Origin: Desulfatiglandales bacterium
GTDB taxonomy: Bacteria; Desulfobacterota; DSM-4660; Desulfatiglandales; HGW-15
Assembly (NCBI GenBank): GCA_963667015.2
Contig: CAXXJJ010000004.1
Span: 544,001 to 608,000 of the forward strand
Direction of reading: 5' to 3'
Length of the DNA: 64,000 nucleotides
The translations under genes and the position numbers were made by a program. Under the pieces are notes generated by a model. That model saw nothing but the letters and a program-made list of their open reading frames with translations. It searched no databases and had not been told where the DNA came from. Below, piece by piece: positions 10,060 to 19,937 of this stretch (position 1 is the first letter of the stretch; every line of letters begins with the position of its first letter).

Positions 10060-11100
10060 TTATTCCTTATCCTTTTCTGCCTCATTACCATTAGCAGTAG
10101 TATTATCCGGAGGCAAATAAGGAGATCTCATCGAATTAATCATTCCTTCAAACTTCACCATCTGTGACTCTGTGAGAATACCTTTTGCAGATTCAACATA
10201 AGCCGTATATGTTTTTATCATACTTTCTGTACCCTCTTTCATTATCCTGTTTAATGTCTCCTCATCTATTTTCTTTTCAGGGACTAAATTAGCCACCGCA
10301 TAAGGTATATCTTTTAACTCTTCAGCGTAAGTTGTATAAGTCTGAGTATCTTTATACAATGATTCAATCAGCGCCTTCTCCTTCTCTCTTTCAAGTGTAT
10401 CATCACCAAGCATTGTTTCAAAATTAAATACCAGAGCTCTTTCCATACTCCTTTTCTCATATTCCTTAAACAAAGCAAGCCCGCCTTCGGGTAGAAGTTC
10501 TGCTATTTTTTCATCATACTGGGCCTTGATTGCTTCAGTCTGCCTGTTAAATTCTATATTTTTGGAATAGTCCTTTGGATTTTCCCAGTCCTTCGGGGCA
10601 TTCTGCATGTGTTCGAGTACTATATTGTTCTTTTCAAGAACCAGACCAACCAGTTTTTCATTTAACTCTGGAGGATAATCATTTTGATCAAAAAAATCCT
10701 TATACAAGGAGAGATTTAATCTGCGCCCATTATAATCCCCCCTTGCCTTTGAAACAGCATCCATTTCAGAAGCTTTGGTAGCATCCTTCTCTCCATATTC
10801 ATTCACTGTCGCTTCCAGATGATCCTGCTTTTTCTGCATGTCAGCAATCTTATTCTCAAGCCTGGTGATTTTCTTTTGATATGTCTCTTTAATATTCTGT
10901 ATTGGGCTTTTCTCCAGGGAGCTTTCGCCTGATTTAATTTCTCGTTGTAAATTTTCAAACTTGTTGTTTACATCCGATCTTTCTTTATATTTGCTGAATT
11001 GTCTTTCCTGTAAATAAAAAGCTGCAAGCAGAATAACTGCAAGCATGGAAAGTACGGCCAGAATAACATGATTCTTTTTGTTTGATGTGGTTTTCGTCAT
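10060..11100 (-). CDS. Single-pass membrane-anchored coiled-coil protein, paralog 2
   Basis: MTKTTSNKK plus TM helix; KKITRLENKIADMQKKQDHL; AKGILTESQM. Confidence 0.75.
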   Translation of the reverse strand: MTKTTSNKKNHVILAVLSMLAVILLAAFYLQERQFSKYKERSDVNNKFENLQREIKSGESSLEKSPIQNIKETYQKKITRLENKIADMQKKQDHLEATVNEYGEKDATKASEMDAVSKARGDYNGRRLNLSLYKDFFDQNDYPPELNEKLVGLVLEKNNIVLEHMQNAPKDWENPKDYSKNIEFNRQTEAIKAQYDEKIAELLPEGGLALFKEYEKRSMERALVFNFETMLGDDTLEREKEKALIESLYKDTQTYTTYAEELKDIPYAVANLVPEKKIDEETLNRIMKEGTESMIKTYTAYVESAKGILTESQMVKFEGMINSMRSPYLPPDNTTANGNEAEKDKE

Positions 11101-11160
11101 TTTTTTCTCGAATTTAAACAATGATTCTGTTCTACTGAGGACCATAGTTCGCAGATAAAA

Positions 11161-11320
11161 TGTATAAAGGGAGACGTCCTTAAATAATCAAATAACATTT
11201 TCCCCTCTTGTTAAAATCAGAACACCTAATAATTTTTATTTTGGAAGACTTGTAAGGCAGTAAATCATTATACCTGAATTGATACAGTTATTCTTAAAAC
11301 TTATTTAAGAATAATTCAAG
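11161..11320. repeat. Element A, copy 4
   Basis: Nearly identical to 6742-6900 with only a few substitutions. Confidence 0.93.
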
Positions 11321-11475
11321 AAGGAAAAGCTAGAGATCAGGAAAAGCTAGAGGTCAGAAAAAGCTAGAGGTCAGAAATCAGAGATCAGAGGTCGGAGACA
11401 TAAGTCAGGCTGCCGCCTTCGCTGAAGCTTCGTCGTGCCATGGAAAAACAGAGGTCAGAAATCTGCGGTCAGGGC
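11321..11475 (+). repeat. Tandem aaaagctagaggtcag / cagaggt tracts plus a partial copy of element E
   Basis: Three gaaaagctagag(a/g)tcag units; cgtgccatggaaaaacagaggtcagaaatctg is shared with 14281 and ~20203. Confidence 0.8.
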
Positions 11476-11523
11476 CTGCTGCGGTTTATTCAATGAATTT
11501 ATTTACCCGCATTTCCAAAGAAA

Positions 11524-11970
11524 TTATTTAAAATTATACCTGAATGACAGGGTTACCTTCTTATCTGCACCGAAATTAATATGAATATTGTCCGCTTTCT
11601 CAAAAAAAGCATCATAGAGGAACAATGTTACGAAGTTTCCTAACGCAGCGCCGGCCAATACGTCAGTCGGATAGTGGGCACCAGCCTCAACTCTTGCCCA
11701 GGCGGTTGAATAAGCAAATACAGTTTCAACCGACTTTGCACTGTATTTCCCAAAAGGCCTGATATTAAGCTCATCAATATTTCGATATGTCATTCCTGTA
11801 TATGCAAAGGCCCTGGTGCTGTGTCCGGATGGAAATCCTTCTGTATCTCCATTAGGACGGTCCCGGTCTGTAATTTTCTGGATTGGGATTCGGGCTGTTG
11901 TAGCAGCAATGACTCCCACTTGTTCAAAGACCAATCGCTCAACCGCAGTGCCCCAGCAACTGCGTAAAAA
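11524..11970 (-). pseudogene. PAP2-family phosphatase, C-terminal fragment
   Basis: RDRP, FPSGHST and RVEAGAHYPTDV motifs; the frame runs up into the hairpin at 11978 with no convincing start or signal peptide. Confidence 0.7.
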
Positions 11971-11977
11971 CGAATTG

Positions 11978-12026
11978 GTGTCAGGTCTTCACAATTCACA
12001 ACCTGTCAAAAGTGCAGACCTGACAC
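11978..12026. repeat. Hairpin C (gtgtcaggtct...agacctgacac)
   Basis: 11 bp perfect outer stem; homologous to 21000-21048 and to the IS-split hairpin at 7322/9062. Confidence 0.85.
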
Positions 12027-12084
12027 TGTTTCTTTTGCTCAGCAGTTATTTTTCATACATCCATTATCCATTTTATTAGCCCTG

Positions 12085-13044
12085 TTAATCAGATTCCTCT
12101 GTATCTGAATCTGTATTCTCAGGCATCTGAGACAGCCGATTTTCCAGCATTTTCATTCCGGATATCTGGATGTTGATATACTCATTGAACTTTTCCATCT
12201 GAATATCAGTCATTATTCCTTCAGCCGCTTCGGGGTATTCATTTAATATTTTTCTATCAGCCTCCCTTATTTTAATCCGGTCTTCTTCGCTCCGCGAGTT
12301 TCCTTTGGATTTTAGTTCTTTTATCCCCATGGAATCTTCAGTGGTCTGCCTTGTTCTATAGAATTCTGCTATCAGATCTTTTTCCTGCTGTTTATTAAGC
12401 TGATTATCTCCGGAAAGTGCAAAGTTATTAAAAGATCTTATAAAGTTTCTCACCGGCTGTGTTTCCATATATTCCTGATATGCAGTATATTCCTTTACCG
12501 ATAATAAATCTGAAAACAGGGTATCATAATCTGCTTCAATATTTCCCCATTCCTTTTGAAACTCTTCCAGATCGGCAATTTTAGAGAGTGCGTCTTTAAC
12601 TTCAAGTCCTTTTTCAATAATCAAATCAATGAATTCTGCTTTTTTATTAGCGGAGAAGTTGTTCTCTTCAAAAAATGAGTCGTAAATCGATGAGAGTGCC
12701 TGTTTTCTTTCTTTTCGTAATTTTTCATTGACCGCTATTTCCCCGCCTTCTTCTTTTTTAATAGTCTCTTCCAAATAATCCTGCCATGCCTGCATGTCAT
12801 CTATCTTTGCTTCAAGTTTTTTAATTCTGGCCTGACCGTCATTATCAGTATTTCTTTCTGACGGAATTATTTCTGTTTCTAATTCCGTTTTCTTTTTTCC
12901 TGCAAGAGTATATGTACTCGATTCATTATCTAATCTATTGATGTGTCTGTTCTGAAATAAAACCGCTATTATTAAAAACACGATAATGATACCGAGAAAT
13001 ATCGGGATAGCGTGATTCTTTTTAGTAGCTATTTGTTTTTCCAT
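12085..13044 (-). CDS. Single-pass membrane-anchored coiled-coil protein, paralog 3
   Basis: TM helix; RIKKLEAKIDDMQAWQDYLEE; KDLIAEFY; AEGIMTDIQMEKF. Confidence 0.75.
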   Translation of the reverse strand: MEKQIATKKNHAIPIFLGIIIVFLIIAVLFQNRHINRLDNESSTYTLAGKKKTELETEIIPSERNTDNDGQARIKKLEAKIDDMQAWQDYLEETIKKEEGGEIAVNEKLRKERKQALSSIYDSFFEENNFSANKKAEFIDLIIEKGLEVKDALSKIADLEEFQKEWGNIEADYDTLFSDLLSVKEYTAYQEYMETQPVRNFIRSFNNFALSGDNQLNKQQEKDLIAEFYRTRQTTEDSMGIKELKSKGNSRSEEDRIKIREADRKILNEYPEAAEGIMTDIQMEKFNEYINIQISGMKMLENRLSQMPENTDSDTEESD

Positions 13045-13256
13045 TTCATTCTCCGATTGTTAATAAATATAGTTGCTATAATCTTCCAATAGTTTTTTAA
13101 ATTTTATGGTTAAATGATAGTCACCATCTACAACGATTGTTTCAATGGCCTGAAGCCTTTTTTCAATACCTTTTGGGAATGAACAGCAGGTGGCTGCCCC
13201 TGGTTAAACAAATACAAAGCATGTTTAACATTGTAAACCTTGACATTGGACATTTT

Positions 13257-13886
13257 TCAGAGGCACAGATTTATACTTTTCACTATTGCCTCCAGCTGAT
13301 GCGCTCCTTCAGGAGTCAACAACAAAACCAGAATACCGCAGTTGATAATAACAGTTACCCAGTAGATTGCTCTGAATTTTACTTTCTTTGACTTTTGCCT
13401 CAGGAAGCTTTGTGCAATTGCCGCTCCGGGCCATCCGCCAATTAGAGAAAATATATGCAGTGTTCTTTCTCTGGTTCTCCACTCCCCAGCCCGCGCCGCT
13501 GATTTATCTGTTGCATATATGACAAAGGTTACTGCACTTACTGCGAGGTAGTAAATCATCAGGAACGGCGGCAGCTTTTTGTAAAGGATCAGGCCTGTGA
13601 TGGCGCACATGAAAAGGATGCCCAATATAAGTGCTGTAATCATCTGACCATCAGCCCTTGTAAATCCATCTTCAAGAACCTGCGGAAATACCTTTGCTGC
13701 GCAAACACGTCCTTTCTTATCCTTTGAAAGAGTGTATATTACAGAGAGCCCCTGCCTGGGCCGCTGGTGCTTTTTACTGAAGTCGTTGATGTGAAGGAAT
13801 ACTGATCTGCCGCCTTTTTTAGGGGTTATAAAACCGAATCCCTTCTCATCATCCCATTTTGTGATCGTGCCGGGTTTTGAAGACAT
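13257..13886 (-). CDS. Cold-shock domain plus DUF1294 membrane protein
   Basis: KWDDEKGFGFI...VFLHI (CSD RNP motifs); DKSAARAGEWRTRERTLH...GGWPGA (DUF1294). The track's extra N-terminus is translated repeat B. Confidence 0.88.
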   Translation of the reverse strand: MSSKPGTITKWDDEKGFGFITPKKGGRSVFLHINDFSKKHQRPRQGLSVIYTLSKDKKGRVCAAKVFPQVLEDGFTRADGQMITALILGILFMCAITGLILYKKLPPFLMIYYLAVSAVTFVIYATDKSAARAGEWRTRERTLHIFSLIGGWPGAAIAQSFLRQKSKKVKFRAIYWVTVIINCGILVLLLTPEGAHQLEAIVKSINLCL

Positions 13887-13893
13887 AATAGAT

Positions 13894-14039
13894 TCAACCC
13901 TGTTAAATACTGCTTCGCAGTTCGCTATGCGAATTTCACTGGGTAAACATTCAAGATTCAATATTAGAAAAACAGGCTGAAGCCTTTCACCCAGTTAAAT
14001 GCTGCCTAGCAGCCCGTTTCACGGATTTAACAGGGTAAA
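13894..14039. repeat. Two B-type palindromes (accc(t/a)gttaaat...attt(c/a)ac(t/a)gggt)
   Basis: 13894-13947 and 13986-14039; related to 15516-15569. Confidence 0.8.
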
Positions 14040-14242
14040 GGCTAAAGGCTGTTAGGAAAACATATTCAATAATTAAGAAAACTTTTAAGAATGGGATGTC
14101 TAAGTCTTTGGTATTAGTGTATTTAATTACTCCCGGGATTGGGTTTAGTCAAGGGGTTTTCAATTAATAGTGCGAATTAATTGAAAAATTCAAAGTTCAA
14201 GGTTCAAGATTATAAATGCAGACTGAAGCGGTTTAGTCAGTG

Positions 14243-14620
14243 GGCTGTTAGGGAAATCAGCCGGCTTCAATGTTTTACGCCGTGCCATGGAAAAACAGAG
14301 ATCAGAAATCTGAGGGCAGTAGTCAGTGCCGCTTGCCGAAAAGCCGGTAAGATTGATCAAGTAGGAAACTGTTAAAAGCAAATAATTGGACATGGATTAA
14401 CACGGATTTTTAGGATTTTTTAAAAAACAAAAGATCAGTGTTCATCTGTGCAGATCTGTGTCCCTTAGTTCTAAATGAAGTTTCATACGAGGTAACACAG
14501 CATTGCATTGCTATTTGGCGGAAGGATATTTTGTGATAACATTCTATTATGATTTATTTATTTTGATTTTATTTTGCTATTTGGCGGATTTGCTGATATT
14601 GGCATTTCCGCCAAATAGGG
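14243..14620 (+). repeat. Element E, 378 bp direct repeat, copy 1
   Basis: Colinear and highly similar to 20165-20542; explains the duplicated spurious ORFs MSNYLLLTVS. Confidence 0.93.
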
Positions 14621-14683
14621 ATTAATTGTGTGACGTGGGTCAACGCATACCACCCCGGTGCATTCATGGCATTTCCAGATACC

Positions 14684-15064
14684 TTATTCTGTTAATTGGA
14701 ATTTAATAACATCTGCCATGAGAGCAAAGTGTTTATCATATGTATAAATAAGACAATGATTTTGTTTTGCATTCTGTGCAATAATTAAATCTGGTATACC
14801 GATACCATTCAACCCGTTTTTGAGACATTTAAATTGAAATTCTATAATTTGATTCCAATCTATTATTAAATCCAGCTTATGAATGCTGCTTAATAATTTT
14901 ATAACATCCTTCTGGTTTCGTGCTCTTAAAGGAGGGATCAATTCGGCAAGTATTAGATCATTGGTAACAATAATATTTTCATCGATTAATAAATCAAGTT
15001 TTTCAGCATTTTTCCCGGTCCTGAAATATTCGATCCATATCGATGTGTCGACTAGTACCGACAT
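14684..15064 (-). CDS. vapC: VapC/PIN-domain toxin
   Basis: VLVDTSIWI, ILAEL, IPDLIIA, TYDKHF. Confidence 0.9.
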   Translation of the reverse strand: MSVLVDTSIWIEYFRTGKNAEKLDLLIDENIIVTNDLILAELIPPLRARNQKDVIKLLSSIHKLDLIIDWNQIIEFQFKCLKNGLNGIGIPDLIIAQNAKQNHCLIYTYDKHFALMADVIKFQLTE

Positions 15065-15255
15065 TTACGCCCTCTAACGGCATCCATATCAATATTGAGA
15101 TCTATTTTTCCTTTAAAATCCTTTAACCCTGATATTCTGGATTTTCTTATCAATTCTTCCAGGGCCGTGATTATGACTTTTGTTTTAGTATTAATTTGAG
15201 TGGCTTTCATGGCCTCATTTATCAAATTATCAGGTAAATCAAGTGTTGTTCTCAT
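15052..15255 (-). CDS. vapB: VapB-type antitoxin
   Basis: MRTTLDLPDNLINEAM...TKTKVIITALEELIR; overlaps the vapC start. Confidence 0.85.
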   Translation of the reverse strand: MRTTLDLPDNLINEAMKATQINTKTKVIITALEELIRKSRISGLKDFKGKIDLNIDMDAVRGRKCRY

Positions 15256-15515
15256 TTTTACTCTCCATTCTTTAAATATGCATAAAATTATCAATTTATG
15301 CATATATTGTCAATTCGTAGGAACAATTCATTTTTTTAAGGATGTAGAGGAGGAGGTCCTTAGATAGTTGCATCCTCACGGTATGCTCCACATCTGATAC
15401 TTTTTCACTCCAGGCTGAAGGGTGGGTATTCATCAGTAACAAGCAAAATATCAGAGATCGGAAACCCCCTGTTAAATAAGATTTTATCAAATCTTTCCTT
15501 CGGAATTTAACTGTG

Positions 15516-15640
15516 TTCACCCTGTTAAATGCTGCTTCGCAGCCCGCCATGCGGATTTAACAGGGTAAAAAGTCGGAGGTCAGGGCCAAATCAGACTGTA
15601 GGCTGTAGGCTGAAGGCTGTTAGGGGTGTTGATTAAAAAT
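15516..15640. repeat. B palindrome plus heptamer tract abutting the MoaF-like gene stop
   Basis: ttcaccctgttaaatgc...ggatttaacagggtaaa followed by gactgtaggctgtaggctgaaggctgttaggggtgttgattaaaaat. Confidence 0.8.
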
Positions 15641-17381
15641 ATCCCTTTATATCATAACAGCCAAGGGGACGTGCTATGGCTCCTATGACATCAAGGGTCA
15701 CACCCGAGCTATCGCCGTGATACTCAAATCCGCTGACACGCATGGTCTTTTCATTTATTGCTATGCAGGTCTCGTAGGTAGTTCCTGCCTCTTCATGCAG
15801 ATTAAAGATATATATCCCGGGGCGTAGTTTTATATAAATACATGGAGCGCTCCACTGCATGCCTAATGTTTGATCATCAGTATAAATAGTCCATGTGGCT
15901 GAACATGGTGTTGTATATAGATGCATTGAGGTCATCATTCCCCATGTCCTGCTGTATCCTTTACCGACAAGTTCATCCGTGAATTCATGCCTTATGTACT
16001 GGGGAGCTTCAATGCCTTCCATTTCAGCAATACCAAAGAAGGTCTGATAGGAGATTTCATTTGCAGAGTAATTATTCCCCATCTTTGATGCAATACATGT
16101 TGTCAGCCCGTTAGTCAGATCCAGGGCTATCTTGACGTTTTTACGCGGTCTGCTTCCGCTGTGCATATGGGCAAAGAAAACGAGATTTTCATCTATTTCA
16201 AATGCCCGGTATGATTCCTTGTGCCATTCAGTTTCCTCGGGATTCCGCCAGAGGAGTGTCTTTCTGTCAATAATCTTATATTCATAAACAGGGCCATTGT
16301 AATCATAACGCAGTATAAAATTCTTACCGACAAGCAGTTCGGTAAGGGGCAGGGCATTCTCTGACATGGTTCCGGCTGCCTTTTCTTTGGGCATGTCCGG
16401 GTCCCAGGCAAAAGATACTGTGTTTTTTTCTGCGGCCTGATGCATTTCTTCTTCACTGATACTGATAACAGACCTTCCCGGGCGATATACTAATCTCTGG
16501 CCTTTTGTTTTAACTTGTGGATCAAGCCCCATGCCAACCTTGATGATACTGCCGTCTTCATTAAAAGGCTCAAGTCTTGTAAGATGTCCAACGACTTGTC
16601 CTATTCCCCTGAACATGTAATATTCAAGTTCATCCCTTTCATTGAACCCGAGCCTCATACCTATCTGTTCTTCTGTAAATTGGTCAACAAGGTAGAGTGT
16701 CATGATGCCGGAGAATTCACATTCTGTGCGATCATAGATAAAGATATTGTCGTTAATAAGTATATAATCAGAAGTACTGCAATATCCCAGATTATTATTG
16801 TTTCTGGTCAATTCAACAAAATTAGAGGATACAACAGAGGAATATAATTCAAGGGTTTCTATGCCTGTATCCTGCTTCCAGTACATGCCTTTCCCTTCTA
16901 TCCTGTTTGTGGTGTGATGACGTTTAAGTGGAGGTTTCTTCCCGGGTACATCAATATATCCGAAATATATCTGGCGCTGTACTTCTCTGTCATCCAGATC
17001 CTGCCCCTGGTTGTCCTTTCCGCCGCAGAACCAGATCTCAAAAATGGTTACAAGATTTGTAGAGAGGTCAATAAATACATTGTATCCTTTTAAGGTGTCA
17101 GGGACCATGTGAGAAAAGAAGACCATATGCTTCAAATCAAGTGAGCCATAGTGCGCTTTTATTGATGATCCGCTGTTTTCTGTGAATTCAAGTGTGTTAG
17201 CATCTTTAAATCTGTAGCTAAGGACAGGCCCATCATCGGATATTATTTTAAAAGATTTTCCTGCCAGAGCATCCGATATTTTCGATATACATTTCGGACC
17301 TGTATCAACCCGGTTAAGCTTTTGGGAAATCTGGTCTTTGGTAAGTTTCGTATACTTAAATCGATGCATAGGTGTGTTCAT
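15633..17381 (-). CDS. Tandem MoaF-like domain protein
   Basis: Two similar halves (LAGKSF...DLSTNLVT...TNRIEGK / LVGKNF...DLTNGLTT...TDELVGK) resembling MoaF N/C domains. Confidence 0.65.
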   Translation of the reverse strand: MNTPMHRFKYTKLTKDQISQKLNRVDTGPKCISKISDALAGKSFKIISDDGPVLSYRFKDANTLEFTENSGSSIKAHYGSLDLKHMVFFSHMVPDTLKGYNVFIDLSTNLVTIFEIWFCGGKDNQGQDLDDREVQRQIYFGYIDVPGKKPPLKRHHTTNRIEGKGMYWKQDTGIETLELYSSVVSSNFVELTRNNNNLGYCSTSDYILINDNIFIYDRTECEFSGIMTLYLVDQFTEEQIGMRLGFNERDELEYYMFRGIGQVVGHLTRLEPFNEDGSIIKVGMGLDPQVKTKGQRLVYRPGRSVISISEEEMHQAAEKNTVSFAWDPDMPKEKAAGTMSENALPLTELLVGKNFILRYDYNGPVYEYKIIDRKTLLWRNPEETEWHKESYRAFEIDENLVFFAHMHSGSRPRKNVKIALDLTNGLTTCIASKMGNNYSANEISYQTFFGIAEMEGIEAPQYIRHEFTDELVGKGYSRTWGMMTSMHLYTTPCSATWTIYTDDQTLGMQWSAPCIYIKLRPGIYIFNLHEEAGTTYETCIAINEKTMRVSGFEYHGDSSGVTLDVIGAIARPLGCYDIKGYF

Positions 17382-17570
17382 GAACTTTTCTCCCCAATTG
17401 GAAAGTTTTTATTTATCATACCAGGAAATACATCGGGACATTCTTCTGGGCCAGCCCCTTATTAAACAAATACAAAGTATCTTTAACAGGGTTTACCCTG
17501 TTTCACTTCTCTCCTGGAGATCAAGATCCGAGTTTGGGACCAATTCAAAAACTCAGACTGTGCCATAGTA

Positions 17571-17742
17571 GCAAAGGGATCATCCATTAAAGGGTTATCA
17601 AGTCTGCCCTTGACTCATTAATACATTAAACGTCTAAAATTAAACAGGTTATGTTTTTTCTTACAAAAGAATTGAAAGTCGGTAATGCTTTGATACTGAA
17701 ATTGTATGGTTATTCTTAAAACTTATTTAAGAATAATTCAAG
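17571..17742. repeat. Element A, strongly diverged copy
   Basis: Left end aaagggatcatccattaaa; right end gttattcttaaaacttatttaagaataattcaag is identical to the other copies; spacing is similar. Confidence 0.7.
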
Positions 17743-17850
17743 AAGGAAAAGATAGAGGTCAGAAGCCAGAAGTCAGTGAAAACAGACTGAAGGCTGTAGG
17801 CTGAAGACTGTTAGGGAAAATAAACAGAGATCAGAAGTCAGAAATGAGCA

Positions 17851-17874
17851 GGACCAGGGGACGTCCCCTGGTCC
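17851..17874. repeat. Perfect 24 bp palindrome ggaccaggggacgtcccctggtcc
   Basis: Self-complementary; core ggggacgtcc is shared with the left end of element A. Confidence 0.9.
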
Positions 17875-18005
17875 ACTATTTAGGCCTTAATTGATACCCC
17901 GCTGCCTGCTGCCGGGTAGTTCATTAATCCAGAAATCTTTTTATTTTTATTTTCTTTCTACCTATACCATGGGTGCAATACCAGTGTAATTCAGCCTTCC
18001 TGAAG

Positions 18006-19826
18006 CTACGGAGCGAGGACCGATCCAGCGGCCAGGAACCAGGTAACCAGACTTGCTGTCACCAGAGCCCCAAGGTAGATCCTTCCGGTCCGACGATAGA
18101 ACCAGGTATGGAAGAAGAAGAGGATGATGAATTCTGGAATGTACACCCAGAGCATCAAAGGCCACATCCCGCCGTATTGCCGTAATCCGATAATCTCAAA
18201 GCCAGGGCCCCCGGTTGAACCCAGGAACCATGGCAGGTACTGGATGAGCCATACCACGACCAGACCAGTGACCATGGCATACACGACCTTGAGCCACCAG
18301 ATAATCTGGGTCATAGCAGGGGATTCCCCTCCCTTCAGTCTGGCCTGGCCAAACAGGAAAATGCCGCCGTTGATCAGGAAGAAAAGCAGAGCCGGAATCA
18401 TGTAGATGAGGAACAATCCTGCCCGGTTCAGGGTCGCGAACTGCCGCATGTAAGGCCAGGCAAAACGGAATTCCACCCCAAAGAAGTGCTGGAAGAACCC
18501 TTCGAACAGGTACATCCACATGAACAGAATTACGGCCAGCAGGACAGTTTTGCCAATGATGCCCCAGTCGATGACGGTCTTCTTTTCATCAAAGGACACG
18601 CCCATATCGTACATGGTGATGCCCTGCTTCCTGGCACCCCGCCACCAGAACAGGAACAGCGCTCCGGCCACAACAGCATTCATAAGGAAGAAGGCGGCCA
18701 CGCCATTACCCATTTGAAGTTTCATAAATGGGAACCATTTTCCAATCACGCCATTCGACCCTCCCCATTGGGTTGTAAGAGGATACAGGATTCCGCCAAT
18801 GATCATGTTGATTGTTGCCAGCTTCCACCATGTGCCATTGCTGGGAAGATGCTTCTGCGGAACAGCCTGGGCAACAGGCTTGAAGTAACCTGTAGCGAGG
18901 AGGATATTGGTGAGGGGGATCAATGAAACGAGAGTTCCCAAAAGGGCGATAAACCCGAAGATTTCCTTGACCATGTAAATTTGGCTGGTCGGCTCGATCC
19001 ATTGCGGGCCACCGTCACCACCCTTGAGGGCCAGGCGCATCCAGTCCACAGCTTCTGCCACGGCCTTGCCGCTCAATGTAGTGAGGTGATGGTTGATGTT
19101 GATCAAAGGCATTCGACGTGCGGTTCCATCATCAAAACTACCGTAGGTAGTATCCCATTCAATAGTCCCCAAATCCTCCAAACCCATATTGGTTAAACGA
19201 GTTTCATTGCTGGTCAGACTCTCGGTACGCGCTGCGCCTTCACGAAAGAACTCTTCGTAGCGTGCAGTGGTGATCAAAACGTTGCGAAGGTCTTTGCTGC
19301 CGGACACAGAGGCATGCGGGTTAACCGCATCCACGATATCCGGGAAAAGGGCCGCCAGGTTAACGGCATTCAAACCGCCCAATGAGTGACCCATAACGCC
19401 AATGTGTTCTGCATCAACGAACGGGAGGGTGATCACGTATTTTAACGCATCTGCATTGCCCATTACGTAAGTGGGATTTGCGCCAAAATTGATGCCCCCT
19501 TCCGAATCTCCATGCCCGGCTGCATCCGGAGCCAAAACGATAAAGCCGCGACGGGCAAGTTCAATCGAGAACGAATCCTGAACGCCTTTGTCGTTCTGAT
19601 AACCATGCATATTCACCACGGCCGGCAATGGATTATCGGCTGAAGCTGTGACCGGGCGGAACAATTTGGCCACGATCACATCACCGTTAGCGCTTTCAAG
19701 CCGAACGATTGAGACATCCACATTCCCCCAGTCGCGCTCGATAGCAAAAGCCATCAGTATTGAGATTGTGATAATGGCAGCCAGTCCCAGGAAACAATAC
19801 CATTGCCTTCTAAGGTCTACTTTCAT
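18006..19826 (-). CDS. Alpha/beta-hydrolase with multi-TM C-terminal domain
   Basis: HGYQN oxyanion region, DAAGHGDS, nucleophile GHSLGG, several TM helices. Visibly GC-richer than neighbouring genes. Confidence 0.85.
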   Translation of the reverse strand: MKVDLRRQWYCFLGLAAIITISILMAFAIERDWGNVDVSIVRLESANGDVIVAKLFRPVTASADNPLPAVVNMHGYQNDKGVQDSFSIELARRGFIVLAPDAAGHGDSEGGINFGANPTYVMGNADALKYVITLPFVDAEHIGVMGHSLGGLNAVNLAALFPDIVDAVNPHASVSGSKDLRNVLITTARYEEFFREGAARTESLTSNETRLTNMGLEDLGTIEWDTTYGSFDDGTARRMPLININHHLTTLSGKAVAEAVDWMRLALKGGDGGPQWIEPTSQIYMVKEIFGFIALLGTLVSLIPLTNILLATGYFKPVAQAVPQKHLPSNGTWWKLATINMIIGGILYPLTTQWGGSNGVIGKWFPFMKLQMGNGVAAFFLMNAVVAGALFLFWWRGARKQGITMYDMGVSFDEKKTVIDWGIIGKTVLLAVILFMWMYLFEGFFQHFFGVEFRFAWPYMRQFATLNRAGLFLIYMIPALLFFLINGGIFLFGQARLKGGESPAMTQIIWWLKVVYAMVTGLVVVWLIQYLPWFLGSTGGPGFEIIGLRQYGGMWPLMLWVYIPEFIILFFFHTWFYRRTGRIYLGALVTASLVTWFLAAGSVLAP

Positions 19827-19937
19827 GTTGATTTCCTTTTCTGTTTTTACTCTTTCATAAAGGGGTCATCCATTAAAGGGTAAAATCTCCGTTTAGCTCT
19901 GACCACTATTAGCAAGAAAACATATTTAAAAACAACT

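Noticed and set aside
14181..14393. ORFs 14181-14375 and 14190-14393 (also 20112-20315, 15296-15550, 11790-11999)
   Set aside because: Translations of intergenic repeats, with no RBS or protein-like features.
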